Source: Acidobacteriota bacterium (lineage in GTDB: Bacteria > Acidobacteriota > Vicinamibacteria > Vicinamibacterales > UBA2999). Taken from it: a stretch of 64,000 nt of DNA. The notes beneath the pieces were generated by a model. It worked only from the letters and a program-made list of their open reading frames with translations. It did no database searches and was not told the origin of the DNA. The stretch's first letter is position 1, and each line of letters begins with the position of its first letter. The stretch spans positions 5,588 to 69,587 of the forward strand of contig CANNDT010000010.1 in NCBI GenBank assembly GCA_947503365.1. Reading direction: 5' to 3'. This document shows positions 46,327 through 56,166 of the stretch, one piece after another. A program made the translations under genes and the position numbers.

Positions 46327-46373
46327 GTCGGTGCGATCAGAACTTCGCTGAAACCGAGCGCGATCGCACCGAC
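46327..46373. promoter_or_regulatory. Perfect 12-bp inverted repeat in a divergent promoter region (operator or 5' hairpin candidate)
   Basis: GTCGGTGCGATC-N23-GATCGCACCGAC, with a third GTGCGATCG copy at 46309-46317. TAAGAT (46379-46384) lies only 6 nt before GTG 46391. Confidence 0.4.
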
Positions 46374-46390
46374 GATTGTAAGATCGCCGC

Positions 46391-47599
46391 GTGCCGATCG
46401 GGACGCCCTTTCACGCGCGCACGTTCGCGCTCTGCGAATCGCTGAATTACCGCGAGTGGTCGGGCTACCACGCGGTCAGCGCCTACGAGATCCACCACGA
46501 GCACGAATACAACGCCATCCGCAACGCGGCCGGGCTCATCGATGTGTCGCCGCTCTTCAAGTACCACCTCAGCGGCCCGGACGCGACGCGGCTCGTCAAT
46601 CGCGTCATCACCCGCGACGCCGGTCGCATGCAGGTCGGACAGGTGTATTACACGCCCTGGTGCGACGAGCGGGGAAAGGTCATCGACGATGGGACGGTGG
46701 CGAGGCTAGGCCAGGACGCTTATCGCTGGACGGCGGCCGATCCGACGCTGCGGTGGCTGCGTCAGAACGCGGACGGCATGCGCGTCGAGATCGAAGACGT
46801 CTCGGAGCGGATCGCGGCGCTTGCGCTGCAGGGACCGACGTCGGCAGCCGTGCTGCGGGCCGCGTCGGACGCCGACATCGATGCGCTTCGGTACTTCCGC
46901 GTGACGAGCGGGCGGATAGACGGCGTGACCGTTGATATCTCCCGAACGGGGTACACCGGCGATCTCGGCTACGAGATCTGGATGCCTGCGGAATCAGCCC
47001 TCGTCGTGTGGGACGCGCTCGTCCGCGCGGGCGGTCCCTACGATCTCAAGCCGGTCGGGATGCTCGCACTCGATGTGGCGCGAGTGGAAGCAGGGCTATT
47101 GCTCATCGACGTAGATTTTCACGGCAGCCGAAAGGCGATGATCGAATCGCAGAAATACACACCATTCGAAATCGGGCTCGGGCGGCTGGTGGCGACCGAC
47201 AAGGGTCCGTTCATCGGACGCGACGCGCTCATCGAGGAACAGCGCAGGGGTGCGGCTCGGATGATTGTCGGCCTCGAAGTGGATTGGCCCCAGGTCGAGG
47301 CGCTGCACGAGCGCTACGGCCTCGCTCCCGTTGCTCCGGCGGCCGCGTCACGCGTCGCAGTCCCGGTGCGGAACGACGGACGCCAGGTCGGCCGCGCGAC
47401 GACGACCGCGTGGTCGCCGACACTGAAGCGGTTGATCGCCCTCGCGACAATCGATTCGCCTCACTACGCCATCGGCACTCGCGTGGAGATCGAAGTGACG
47501 GTCGAAGGTGCCCGCCATTTTGTCGGCGCAACGGTCGTGAAGACGCCGTTCTTCAATCCGCCGCGAAAGACAGCGACACCGCCGGGCCGCGCCGGCTGA
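46391..47599 (+). CDS. Aminomethyltransferase (GcvT) family protein
   Basis: 402 aa with AGLIDVSPLFKYHLSGPDA and TGYTGDLGYEIW. Confidence 0.8.
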   Translation: MPIGTPFHARTFALCESLNYREWSGYHAVSAYEIHHEHEYNAIRNAAGLIDVSPLFKYHLSGPDATRLVNRVITRDAGRMQVGQVYYTPWCDERGKVIDDGTVARLGQDAYRWTAADPTLRWLRQNADGMRVEIEDVSERIAALALQGPTSAAVLRAASDADIDALRYFRVTSGRIDGVTVDISRTGYTGDLGYEIWMPAESALVVWDALVRAGGPYDLKPVGMLALDVARVEAGLLLIDVDFHGSRKAMIESQKYTPFEIGLGRLVATDKGPFIGRDALIEEQRRGAARMIVGLEVDWPQVEALHERYGLAPVAPAAASRVAVPVRNDGRQVGRATTTAWSPTLKRLIALATIDSPHYAIGTRVEIEVTVEGARHFVGATVVKTPFFNPPRKTATPPGRAG

Positions 47600-47692
47600 A
47601 GCCGGGTCGCGCAGGCTGAAGCCCGCGCTCTACAGGCGATAGGTAACGTGCGATCAACAGGCGGATGTCGCGCGTGGGCTTTAGCCCACGCG
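47588..47692. repeat. REP-like hairpin cluster (same family as 11901-12007); the first hairpin contains the upstream stop codon
   Basis: CGCGCCGGC-TGAA-GCCGGGTCGCG, then CGCGCAGGC-TGAA-GCCCGCGC-TCTACAGG, then CGCGTGGGC-TTTA-GCCCACGCG. TGA 47597-47599 is part of the first loop. Confidence 0.6.
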
Positions 47693-47754
47693 TCGCGCGA
47701 TGATCGTCGATGCGCAGGTAGCTGCCGTAGGTCACCGCGGGGTGTGTCGGCGGA

Positions 47755-49632
47755 TCACTCATGGCTGACGCCTGACTCGACATCGAGCCCGACCGCGCGC
47801 ATCAAGGCGAGCGCGTTGCTGCGCGTCACCGGGCCCGGTTTCATGCGGTAATCGAAGTGCAGATCTCCGCCCTCGAAGTGATCCTCGAAATGGACGTTGG
47901 CGGCGCGCGGCGCGAGCTCGTTCGCGACAGCGGTGAGGGCGAGGTCATGCGTGGTGATCAGTCCAATCGCCCCGCGATTGAGCAGGCTTTGAAGTACGCC
48001 CGACGCACCGAGCAGACGGTCGTGCGAGTTGGTGCCGTGAAACAGCTCGTCGAGGAGGAAGAGCAGCGGCACCGGCCCGCGGGCGACGTCGGTCAACTCG
48101 CGCAGGCGGGTGATCTCGGCGTAAAACCGCGACCGTCCTTCCTGCAGCGAATCCTGGATGCGCAGTGTTGCGCCGACGACAAACGGCGTGAGGCGAAGCG
48201 ACGCGGCGCACACCGGTGCTCCGGCGAACGCGAGCACCGCGTTGATCCCGACGGTGCGCAGGAGCGTGCTCTTGCCCGACATGTTCGAGCCGCTGATGAC
48301 CAGCAGCCGAACCTCGCCGGACAGGTGGACGTCGTTGCGAATCATCTGCCCGCGGGCGATGAGCGGATGCCCGAGGCCAACGCCGTCGAAGCAACCTCGA
48401 CGATCCGGCAGGGGAGCGTCGAGGATCTCGGGAAACGACGCGTCGGGATGCTCATACCGAAAGGCGGAGAGCGAGCCAAGCGCCTCGAATTCGCCCACCG
48501 TCCGCAGCCACGCGCCAACGTGCGACCCATACCGGCGGCGCCACTGCTCGATCGCCCACGCGACGTGCGTGCCCCACAGCACGGCCGCGCCAAAGGGGGC
48601 GAAGAACTGGTTGTGCTGCCAGTCGTGCAGCTCGACGAGCCGTCGCAGCTTGCCGATGGCGCGCGAGGCGGGCACGCCGGCGGTGTCGAGTCCCTGGCGC
48701 AGCGCCGCGAGGCGCGCGGATGAAAACCGCTCGCGCTCGAGACGCTCGAGCACGTGCGCCAGCACGTCGAGATCGCGCGCCGGCCCCTCGGCAGCATGGA
48801 GCGCCTGTTGAATCCGGCGCCGTTGGGGCACAAAGAACAGGACCTCCGCGACGACCAGCGCGATGAAGGGGCCCGAGTTGCCGGTCAGGCTCCAGAAGAC
48901 CGCCGTGGCGATGGCGTTGGCGGTGAGCAGCACCGCGACGCCGCGAAGCCACTGGTGAGGAAGCACGGGCGCTCCCTCGGCCCATCGCACCAGCGCGTCG
49001 CTGTCGACGCTGGCGGCGACGTCCACCCCGGCGAGCGCGAGCGCCTCGCGCAGATCGAGCGCGGGCGTCAGTTCCTCGATCGCCCGCTGCCGCGCGCGAA
49101 TCTCATCCGCGGGTGAGGCGGTCTTCAGCCACGACGCGAGGGTTTCCTCGCCGGCCCTGGTCCTGGCCAGAGAGAGCAGTTCGAACAGGGATCCGCGGCC
49201 GAACAGGTCCAGGTCGTTGGCGTACAGATGGCGATCGTCGCGAAAGCGATCGCCCGGCTCACCCGTGCCGCTCCACCGATCCTCGATTCGCGCCAGCCCT
49301 CGTTCGTAGAAGGCGATCGCCCGCGCCGCGGCGTCCCGGGCCCGGATGACGCGGTCGTGGCGCTGCATCAGCACGGCGAAGCCGACGACGGGGAGCGCCA
49401 GCAGCCAGAAAGACGTCGTGCCGCGCCAGCCGAGGACGGCGAGCGCCGCGCCGGCGGCGAAGACGATCAGCCGGGCGGCGCTATAACGGGCGTCGAGGGT
49501 GTTGAGCGACTGCAGGGCGGCGCGGCGCTGGTCGAGCCGTGCGCGGTACTCGTCGCCCGGAACGGGGGGCACAGCGGTCATTCTGTCAGGCTCGTGACTC
49601 CCGCGCTTTCGCGGGTCTGGCGCTGGAGTCAA
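47755..49632 (-). CDS. MutS-related protein (domain V ATPase) with an N-terminal multi-TM region
   Basis: Walker A GSNMSGKSTLLR and ..LLFLLDELFHGTN... The N-terminal half has hydrophobic segments (LIVFAAGAALAVLGW, FWLLALPVVGFAVLM, VAVLLTANAIATAVFW, FIALVVAEVLFFV). No mismatch-binding domain I motif is evident. Confidence 0.8.
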   Translation of the reverse strand: MTPAPDPRKRGSHEPDRMTAVPPVPGDEYRARLDQRRAALQSLNTLDARYSAARLIVFAAGAALAVLGWRGTTSFWLLALPVVGFAVLMQRHDRVIRARDAAARAIAFYERGLARIEDRWSGTGEPGDRFRDDRHLYANDLDLFGRGSLFELLSLARTRAGEETLASWLKTASPADEIRARQRAIEELTPALDLREALALAGVDVAASVDSDALVRWAEGAPVLPHQWLRGVAVLLTANAIATAVFWSLTGNSGPFIALVVAEVLFFVPQRRRIQQALHAAEGPARDLDVLAHVLERLERERFSSARLAALRQGLDTAGVPASRAIGKLRRLVELHDWQHNQFFAPFGAAVLWGTHVAWAIEQWRRRYGSHVGAWLRTVGEFEALGSLSAFRYEHPDASFPEILDAPLPDRRGCFDGVGLGHPLIARGQMIRNDVHLSGEVRLLVISGSNMSGKSTLLRTVGINAVLAFAGAPVCAASLRLTPFVVGATLRIQDSLQEGRSRFYAEITRLRELTDVARGPVPLLFLLDELFHGTNSHDRLLGASGVLQSLLNRGAIGLITTHDLALTAVANELAPRAANVHFEDHFEGGDLHFDYRMKPGPVTRSNALALMRAVGLDVESGVSHE

Positions 49633-49658
49633 TTATGTTACAGTACAAAACTTAATAC

Positions 49659-50978
49659 GTGCCACTACATAAGTGGATCGCCGGGGCGACCGCCGCCGCG
49701 ATTGCCAGTTCGATCGAACAGGGTCTGCACCGGGGGCGAACCGCGCCTGGCGACCCCCTGCCGACCGTACGTGAGCTCGCTGACGGCCTCGAGGTCAGTC
49801 CTGCCACCGTGGCCGCGGCGTACAAAGTCCTGCGGCACCGGGGGCTGATCTCCGGCCACGGCCGGCGCGGCACCCTGGTCGCTCGCCGGCCCCCCACGCC
49901 GCACTCCGCGCGGCATGAGCCATCGCCGACCGGCGCAATCGATCTCACCACCGGCAACCCCGATCCTTCCCTGCTTCCGCCCCTCGCGCCGGCGCTGGCC
50001 GCCATCGATCCGGAGCCGCGCCTCTACGGCACCCCGCAGCACGTCCGCGCGTTCACCACCTTCGCGGCTGGCGAATTCGAGGCCGACGGCATCGACGCGC
50101 GCTTCGTGACGGTCGTCAGCGGCGCGCTCGACGGCATCGAGCGGATCCTTCGCGAGCACCTGCGCCCAGGGGATCACGTGGCGGTCGAAGATCCGGCCTT
50201 TCCTGGCCTCCTCGATCTGTTGAAGGTCTCCGCCTTCATCGTCGTTCCCTTCGGGCTGGACGACCAGGGACCGCTGCCCGAGGATGTTGAGGCCGCGCTG
50301 CGCCGCAAGTGCCACGCGATCGTCATCACGCCCCGAGCGCAGAACCCGACCGGCGGCGTCATCTCGGAACGCCGCGGGCGCGAGCTCCAGCGGATCCTTC
50401 GCGCCTTCCCCGGCGTCGTCCTGGTCGAAAACGATTACGCGGGACCCATCAGCGGCGTTCCTTCGATGACGTTGAGCGCGGCGGCGGAGCGTTGGGCCGT
50501 CGTCCGCTCGACGTCGAAGTTTCTTGGTCCCGATCTGCGCGTGGCAGTGATGGCCGGCGACGAAGTCACGATCTCACGCGTGCAGGGCCGCCAGGCGCTC
50601 GGCGCCCGGTGGGTGAGCGGCATTCTTCAGCAGCTCGCGCTGGCGCTGTGGTCGGATCCGTCGAGCGGACGACGCCTGGCGCGGGCCGCGGACGTATATG
50701 CCCAGCGCCGGACCACGCTCCTCGACGGGCTCGCGGCTCGTGGTGTCGAGGCGCGGGGCCGCAGCGGGCTGAACATCTGGGTGCCTGTGCGCGAGGAGTC
50801 GGTCGTCACGCAGGCACTGGCTGCGCGCGGATGGGCCGTGGCCGCGGGGGAGCGCTTTCGCATCGCCAGTCCTCCGGGCATCCGCGTGACGATCGCCACG
50901 CTCTCGTCGCCGGAGGCCGAGCGATTCGCCGACGCGCTCGCCGATGCGATGCGTCCTTCGTCTAGGGGAGCTGCGTGA
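49659..50978 (+). CDS. MocR/PdxR-type regulator (GntR wHTH fused to an aminotransferase-like domain)
   Basis: GDPLPTVRELADGLEVSPATVAAAYKVLRHRGLISGHGRRGTLVA followed by a fold-type I aminotransferase region (STSKFLGPDLRVA). Confidence 0.85.
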   Translation: MPLHKWIAGATAAAIASSIEQGLHRGRTAPGDPLPTVRELADGLEVSPATVAAAYKVLRHRGLISGHGRRGTLVARRPPTPHSARHEPSPTGAIDLTTGNPDPSLLPPLAPALAAIDPEPRLYGTPQHVRAFTTFAAGEFEADGIDARFVTVVSGALDGIERILREHLRPGDHVAVEDPAFPGLLDLLKVSAFIVVPFGLDDQGPLPEDVEAALRRKCHAIVITPRAQNPTGGVISERRGRELQRILRAFPGVVLVENDYAGPISGVPSMTLSAAAERWAVVRSTSKFLGPDLRVAVMAGDEVTISRVQGRQALGARWVSGILQQLALALWSDPSSGRRLARAADVYAQRRTTLLDGLAARGVEARGRSGLNIWVPVREESVVTQALAARGWAVAAGERFRIASPPGIRVTIATLSSPEAERFADALADAMRPSSRGAA

Positions 50979-51666
50979 GCGACCGGCGCTTCGCGCCCTT
51001 GAGCAGCGGCTCGTTGAGAAACCGCATCAGCGGCACGATCGTCTCGAACACGTTCAACAGCTTCGGGTAGAACTTTGGACTGAGCGCAAACTCCGCTTCG
51101 TACTCGCAGCCCGCGAGAAACTGCCTGTAGCGGAGGTAGTCGGCCGCCGGATGATCCTTCAGATATCCACGCGGCACTCGCGACAGCCGCTCTCCCCTGA
51201 GCTCACCGACCGCCCGGCGGAACGCGGCACCGGTGACGATGCGGTGAAGCTGTCGATGACGCGAGGCAATGTGCTCGCGTATCAATTGCAGGTCGGATGA
51301 CGAGGGCATGTACAAGCCGCCGCCGATCCACACCCAGGCCGGAGCAATCTCGAGAACGAGACCCGACCCTTCGCCCTTGGGGAACTGCCGCGAAGGAAAG
51401 TGCGCGGCGACGTGCGTCTTGAGCGGTGTCTTGTCTCCGCTGAACCGCGTGTCACGGTAGATCCGGTAGAGCGACGCGCGCGGCTCAGACACCAGCTCCG
51501 GAGCGAACCGCGGGAAGTCGGCCGACAATCGGGCGAGCAGCTCGATCATCGGCCCACGGACGTGCTCCTCGTACTCGGGCTTGCGAGCCCTGAACCACTC
51601 GCGATCGTTGTTGCGTTTGAGCGCCCGCAGAAACGCGAGCGTCTTCCTCGTAAACGGAGACGTCAC
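50962..51666 (-). CDS. DUF2461 (TIGR02453) family protein
   Basis: FLRALKRNNDREWF.., ..IYRDTRFSGDKTPLKTH... The 3' end overlaps the convergent MocR gene by 17 nt. Confidence 0.82.
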   Translation of the reverse strand: MTSPFTRKTLAFLRALKRNNDREWFRARKPEYEEHVRGPMIELLARLSADFPRFAPELVSEPRASLYRIYRDTRFSGDKTPLKTHVAAHFPSRQFPKGEGSGLVLEIAPAWVWIGGGLYMPSSSDLQLIREHIASRHRQLHRIVTGAAFRRAVGELRGERLSRVPRGYLKDHPAADYLRYRQFLAGCEYEAEFALSPKFYPKLLNVFETIVPLMRFLNEPLLKGAKRRSLTQLP

Positions 51667-51680
51667 GCCGATCGTGCGGC

Positions 51681-52238
51681 CTAGGTCGTGGCCTGCTGCT
51701 GTTGCTGTTGCGCGGCGCGGGCGGCGAATCGCTCCTGCATGGCGCGCGTCATGTGCGGCACCTGGCCGATGAGCCGAAGCATGAGCATGAGCTGCCCGCG
51801 ATGGTGCATCTCGTGCTCTTTCATGCTCATGATCATTTCGAAGCGGCTCTTGGTCGCTGGCATCATCCCCGGCGGCTGGGTGAACGGCTCCGCGAGAAAA
51901 TCATCGCCGACCGTCTCCATCCACCTGGCGGTCTCTTCGCCCCGCTCCTTCAGCATCGCAATGAGCTCGGCCTTGGTCCGCGGCTTCTGTTCCTCGGCCA
52001 TCATCTTGCCGACCAGTTCGGGAAAATTAAAGCCCTCGAACGACGTCTTCTTCTCCTTGTGGAGGCCGGAGAACGAATCAGCCAGCGCGATGTGCGTCAG
52101 CAGTTGACGGAACGTCCGTGTGCCGGGTGCCGGCGCGAAGTCGAGTTTCGATTCAGGGATCTCGTCGGCGATCTTCACCGTATTCTCCCGCACGGTGCGA
52201 TACGCTCTGGCGAGATCCTTGGCTCCGTAACACAGCAT
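51681..52238 (-). CDS. DinB family protein
   Basis: ATG 52238 is preceded by AGGAG. ..FRQLLTHIA.. and ..EHEMHHRGQLMLMLR... Confidence 0.75.
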   Translation of the reverse strand: MLCYGAKDLARAYRTVRENTVKIADEIPESKLDFAPAPGTRTFRQLLTHIALADSFSGLHKEKKTSFEGFNFPELVGKMMAEEQKPRTKAELIAMLKERGEETARWMETVGDDFLAEPFTQPPGMMPATKSRFEMIMSMKEHEMHHRGQLMLMLRLIGQVPHMTRAMQERFAARAAQQQQQQATT

Positions 52239-52254
52239 GTTCTTCTCCTGACGT

Positions 52255-53685
52255 GTGGCAACGAGTGAATCTGGAATAATACAACGCTCGATGACGTCCG
52301 TTCTTTCGGCCAGCACTCGTGCCGCGCTCGTCGCTGATCTGCAGGCGCTCCTCGGCGATCGCTGCACGACCAATCCGACGCAGCTCGAGCATCACAGCCA
52401 CGGCGAGTCGTGGCACGCGTCGGGTGAGCCTGATGCGGTGGTATTTCCGCTCACCACTGATGAGGTCAGCGCCGTGCTCATCGCGGCGGCGCGCCATCGT
52501 TCTCCGGTCGTCCCGTTCGGCATCGGCTCGGCGCTCGAAGGACATGTGAACGCCATCAGGGGCGGGGTCTCGATCGACTTGTCGCGCATGAATCGCGTCC
52601 TGCGCGTCAGCGTCGACGACCTCGACGCCACCGTTGAGGCCGGCGTCACCCATCGCCAGTTGAACAAGGCGCTCGCAAACACCGGAACCGTCTTCTGGGT
52701 GGATCCCGGCGCCGATGCGACGCTCGGCGGCATGGCGGCAACCCGCGCATCGGGCACGACCGCCGTGCGATACGGAACGATGCGCGAAGCGGTGCTCGGT
52801 CTCACCGTCGTGCTCGCCGACGGCCGCGTTGTCCGCACCGGTGGCCGGGCGCGCAAGTCCTCGTCAGGCTACGACCTCACGAGATTATTCGTCGGCTCCG
52901 AGGGCACGCTTGGCGTGATCACCGAAGTCACCGTCCGCCTGCATGGCCTCCCCGAAGCGGTCTCCGCCGCGGTCTGCGGCTTTGCGACGATGGAAGGCGC
53001 GGTGAAGACGGTGATGACGGCGATCCAGCTCGGGATCCCCGTGGCCCGCATCGAGCTGCTCGACGAAGTGCAGATCGAAGCGGTGAATCGCTATTCGCAC
53101 CTGAACTACCCCTCCGTGCCGACGCTGTTCTTCGAGTTTCACGGCACGAGTGCCGCGAACCTTGCCGAGCACGTGCACAGCGTCGAAGACCTCGCCGCCG
53201 AGAACGGCGGCGCCGGGTTTCAGTGGGCGACCACCACCGAGGATCGCGCCAGGCTGTGGCATGCACGCCACAACGCGTTCTACGCGGCGGTGGCGCTGCG
53301 TCCCGGCGGCAAGGCATGGACGACGGATGTGTGCGTGCCGATTTCGCGGCTTGCCGAGTGCATCCTCGAGACGCGGGAAGACGTGCAGCGATCGACGCTT
53401 GTCGCGCCGCTGGTCGGCCACGTCGGCGACGGCAACTTTCATCTGATCTTCGTCATCAATCCCGACAACGCCAGCGAGCTGGCGCAGGTGAAAGAGATCA
53501 ACGGCCGTCTCGTGCATCGTGCGCTCGCGATGGGCGGCACCTGCTCGGGTGAGCACGGAGTCGGGATGGGCAAGATGGAATACCTTGCGGAGGAGCATGG
53601 TTCCGAGGCGATAGACGTCATGAAGTCGATCAAGCGCGCACTGGATCCGGATAACCGCATGAACCCTGGGAAAATTTTTGGCTAA
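52255..53685 (+). CDS. FAD-linked oxidase (D-lactate dehydrogenase/GlcD-like)
   Basis: FAD_binding_4-type N-domain ([25 protein letters not shown]) and C-terminal ..[13 protein letters not shown]... The start may instead be ATG 52291. Confidence 0.85.
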   Translation: MATSESGIIQRSMTSVLSASTRAALVADLQALLGDRCTTNPTQLEHHSHGESWHASGEPDAVVFPLTTDEVSAVLIAAARHRSPVVPFGIGSALEGHVNAIRGGVSIDLSRMNRVLRVSVDDLDATVEAGVTHRQLNKALANTGTVFWVDPGADATLGGMAATRASGTTAVRYGTMREAVLGLTVVLADGRVVRTGGRARKSSSGYDLTRLFVGSEGTLGVITEVTVRLHGLPEAVSAAVCGFATMEGAVKTVMTAIQLGIPVARIELLDEVQIEAVNRYSHLNYPSVPTLFFEFHGTSAANLAEHVHSVEDLAAENGGAGFQWATTTEDRARLWHARHNAFYAAVALRPGGKAWTTDVCVPISRLAECILETREDVQRSTLVAPLVGHVGDGNFHLIFVINPDNASELAQVKEINGRLVHRALAMGGTCSGEHGVGMGKMEYLAEEHGSEAIDVMKSIKRALDPDNRMNPGKIFG

Positions 53686-56083
53686 ATCTCGAGAGTCCGA
53701 TCCCTCGCTTTTCGATATCGTCGACAACGGCGATTCGTCATCGGGCGGCGTCCCCCCTCCGCCTCCCGGAGGTTTTCAGGAATCGGTCGCGTTGCACGAG
53801 GCGGCGCAGAGCCGCTACCTGAACTACGCGCTCTCGGTCATCACCTCGCGTGCGCTGCCAGATGTACGCGACGGCCTCAAGCCGGTGCAGCGCCGCATCC
53901 TCTACACGATGTGGCAGCAGAACCTGACGGCCGACGTCAAGCACCGGAAGTGCGCGAAGGTGGTCGGCGACGTGATGGGCAGCTACCACCCGCATGGCGA
54001 CGCGGCGCTCTACGAGACGCTCGTCCGCATGGCGCAACCGTTCTCGCTGCGTTATCCGCTGGTCGACGGCTCCGGCAACTTCGGCTCGCTCGACGGCGAC
54101 AGCGCCGCGGCGATGCGCTACACGGAGTGCCGGCTGGCGCGCATCTCGGACGAGATGCTCACCGAGATCGACCAGAAGACCGTTCACTTCCGCCCGAACT
54201 ACGACGGCACGAAAACCGAACCGGTGGTGCTGCCGGCACGGATTCCGAACCTCCTGATCAACGGGACCACCGGCATTGCCGTCGGCATGGCCACCAACGT
54301 GCCGCCGCACAACCTGGGCGAGATCTGCACCGCGCTCGACAAGCTCCTCGACAATCCGGATCTGAGCAGCGTGCAGCTCTGTCGCTACGTGAAGGGACCG
54401 GACTTTCCCACGGGCGGGCAGATCCTCAACTCGGCCGACGAGCTGAAGGATATCTACAGGACGGGTTCGGGCACGGTACGTCTTCGCGCCACCTGGGAAG
54501 AGGGGCCGTCCTCGCGCGGCGGCCAGAAGATCTTCATCACCAGCATTCCCTACATGGTGAACAAGTCGGTGCTGGTCGAGCGCATCGCCGACGTCGTGCT
54601 CTCGCGCAAGCTGCCGCCTCTCCTTGACGTGAGAGACGTCTCGACCGACGACGTGCGCATCGAGCTGGAGCTCAAGAAGGACGCCGATCCGCAGTTGGTG
54701 ATGGCCTACCTCTTCAAGAACACGCCGCTCCAGTCGAACTTCATCGTCAACCTGACCTGCCTGATCCCGACGGAGAACGCCGAGGTCGGCCGGCCCGAGC
54801 GCCTCGACCTCAAGGCGATCCTCTGGCACTTCCTGCACTTCCGTCTCGAGGTCGTCACCAACCGGCTGGAGCACGAGCTCGCGTCGCTGCAGAAGCGGAT
54901 TCACATCCTCGAAGGCTTCGAGAAGGTCTTCGACGCGCTCGACGAGATCATCAAGATCATCCGGAAGTCCGACGGCAAGGCCGATTCGGCCGAGAAGATC
55001 ATGAAGCGCTTCGAGCTCGACGCCGACCAGACGGACGCGATCCTCGAACTAAAGCTCTACCGGTTGGCGCGCCTCGAGATTCTGGTCATCCAGAACGAGC
55101 TCGCCGAGAAGCGCAAGCGCGCCCGGCAGATCTCGGGCCTGCTCAAGGACGAGGAAGGCCGCTGGAAGATCGTTCGCAACGAGCTTCACGAGATCCAGGA
55201 AAAGTACGCCGGCAAGATCGACAAGCGCCGCACGCTGATCGAGACCGCCGAGGACGTCGCCTTTACCGAAGACGACTTCATCGTCGAAGAAGACAACGTC
55301 GTCATCGTCTCGCGTGATGGCTGGATCAAGCGGCAGAAAGAAGTGCGCGATCTGTCGACGACGCGGTTGCGCGAAGGCGACTCGGTGCTCACCGTCCTGC
55401 CGGGCAGCACGCGGGCGACCGCGGTCTTCTTCACCAATTTCGGCGTGGCCTACACCTCGCGTCTGATCGACGTGCCTGCATCCACGGGGTACGGCGAGCC
55501 GATCCAGAAACTGTTCAAGCTGCGCGACGGCGAGAAGGTCATCGCCGCGTTCAGTCTCGACTCCCGCGTCATCGGCAACATCGTCACCAAGAAGGAAGGC
55601 GTCGCGCCGCCGGTACATGCGCTGGCCGTGACGAGCGACGGCTACAGCCTGCGGTTCAGCCTCGAGTCATTCGTCGAGGCCAGCACGCGCTCAGGACGAC
55701 GGTATGCGCGGCCATCGCAGGGCGCGGAAGTGGTTGGCGTTGCGAAGCTGACAGGCGATGAGACCGTGATCGCGGCGACGCAGGAGGCGCGCGCCATCCT
55801 CTGCGCGGCTGAAGAAGTGAACTACCTGTCGGGACCCGGCAAGGGCGTGATCCTGATCAAGCTGAGCGGCAAGGAAGACCGCGTGCTGGGTTTCATCGCG
55901 TCGAAGGGCGACCGCGATCTGCTGCGGGTGGAAACGAGCCGGGGCAGCGAACAGACCATCAGCACCACGAAATACGAGATTACCGGCCGAGGTGGCAAAG
56001 GACGCGAATTACTTCAGCGCGGCCAGTTCACGCGCATTATTCCCAATGAAGTCGAGAATCCCCAGCCGTTGAGCGAGTCGTAG
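53678..56083 (+). CDS. parC: Type IIA DNA topoisomerase subunit A (ParC-like; no obvious GyrA box at the start of the CTD)
   Basis: [24 protein letters not shown] and AAMRYTE (catalytic Tyr); 801 aa. Confidence 0.8.
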   Translation: MAKSRESDPSLFDIVDNGDSSSGGVPPPPPGGFQESVALHEAAQSRYLNYALSVITSRALPDVRDGLKPVQRRILYTMWQQNLTADVKHRKCAKVVGDVMGSYHPHGDAALYETLVRMAQPFSLRYPLVDGSGNFGSLDGDSAAAMRYTECRLARISDEMLTEIDQKTVHFRPNYDGTKTEPVVLPARIPNLLINGTTGIAVGMATNVPPHNLGEICTALDKLLDNPDLSSVQLCRYVKGPDFPTGGQILNSADELKDIYRTGSGTVRLRATWEEGPSSRGGQKIFITSIPYMVNKSVLVERIADVVLSRKLPPLLDVRDVSTDDVRIELELKKDADPQLVMAYLFKNTPLQSNFIVNLTCLIPTENAEVGRPERLDLKAILWHFLHFRLEVVTNRLEHELASLQKRIHILEGFEKVFDALDEIIKIIRKSDGKADSAEKIMKRFELDADQTDAILELKLYRLARLEILVIQNELAEKRKRARQISGLLKDEEGRWKIVRNELHEIQEKYAGKIDKRRTLIETAEDVAFTEDDFIVEEDNVVIVSRDGWIKRQKEVRDLSTTRLREGDSVLTVLPGSTRATAVFFTNFGVAYTSRLIDVPASTGYGEPIQKLFKLRDGEKVIAAFSLDSRVIGNIVTKKEGVAPPVHALAVTSDGYSLRFSLESFVEASTRSGRRYARPSQGAEVVGVAKLTGDETVIAATQEARAILCAAEEVNYLSGPGKGVILIKLSGKEDRVLGFIASKGDRDLLRVETSRGSEQTISTTKYEITGRGGKGRELLQRGQFTRIIPNEVENPQPLSES

Positions 56084-56166
56084 ACGTATACTGTAGCGAC
56101 CTACGATTTACCTCTCCTCCCTCCCGGAGTAACCAAGTCCGCGCCACCAGGCGCGTCGAAAGATTC

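Noticed and set aside
50962-50978. The 17-nt convergent overlap between the MocR and DUF2461 genes as a regulatory feature.
   Set aside because: Short 3'-3' overlaps are common in compact GC-rich genomes, and nothing else distinguishes this site.
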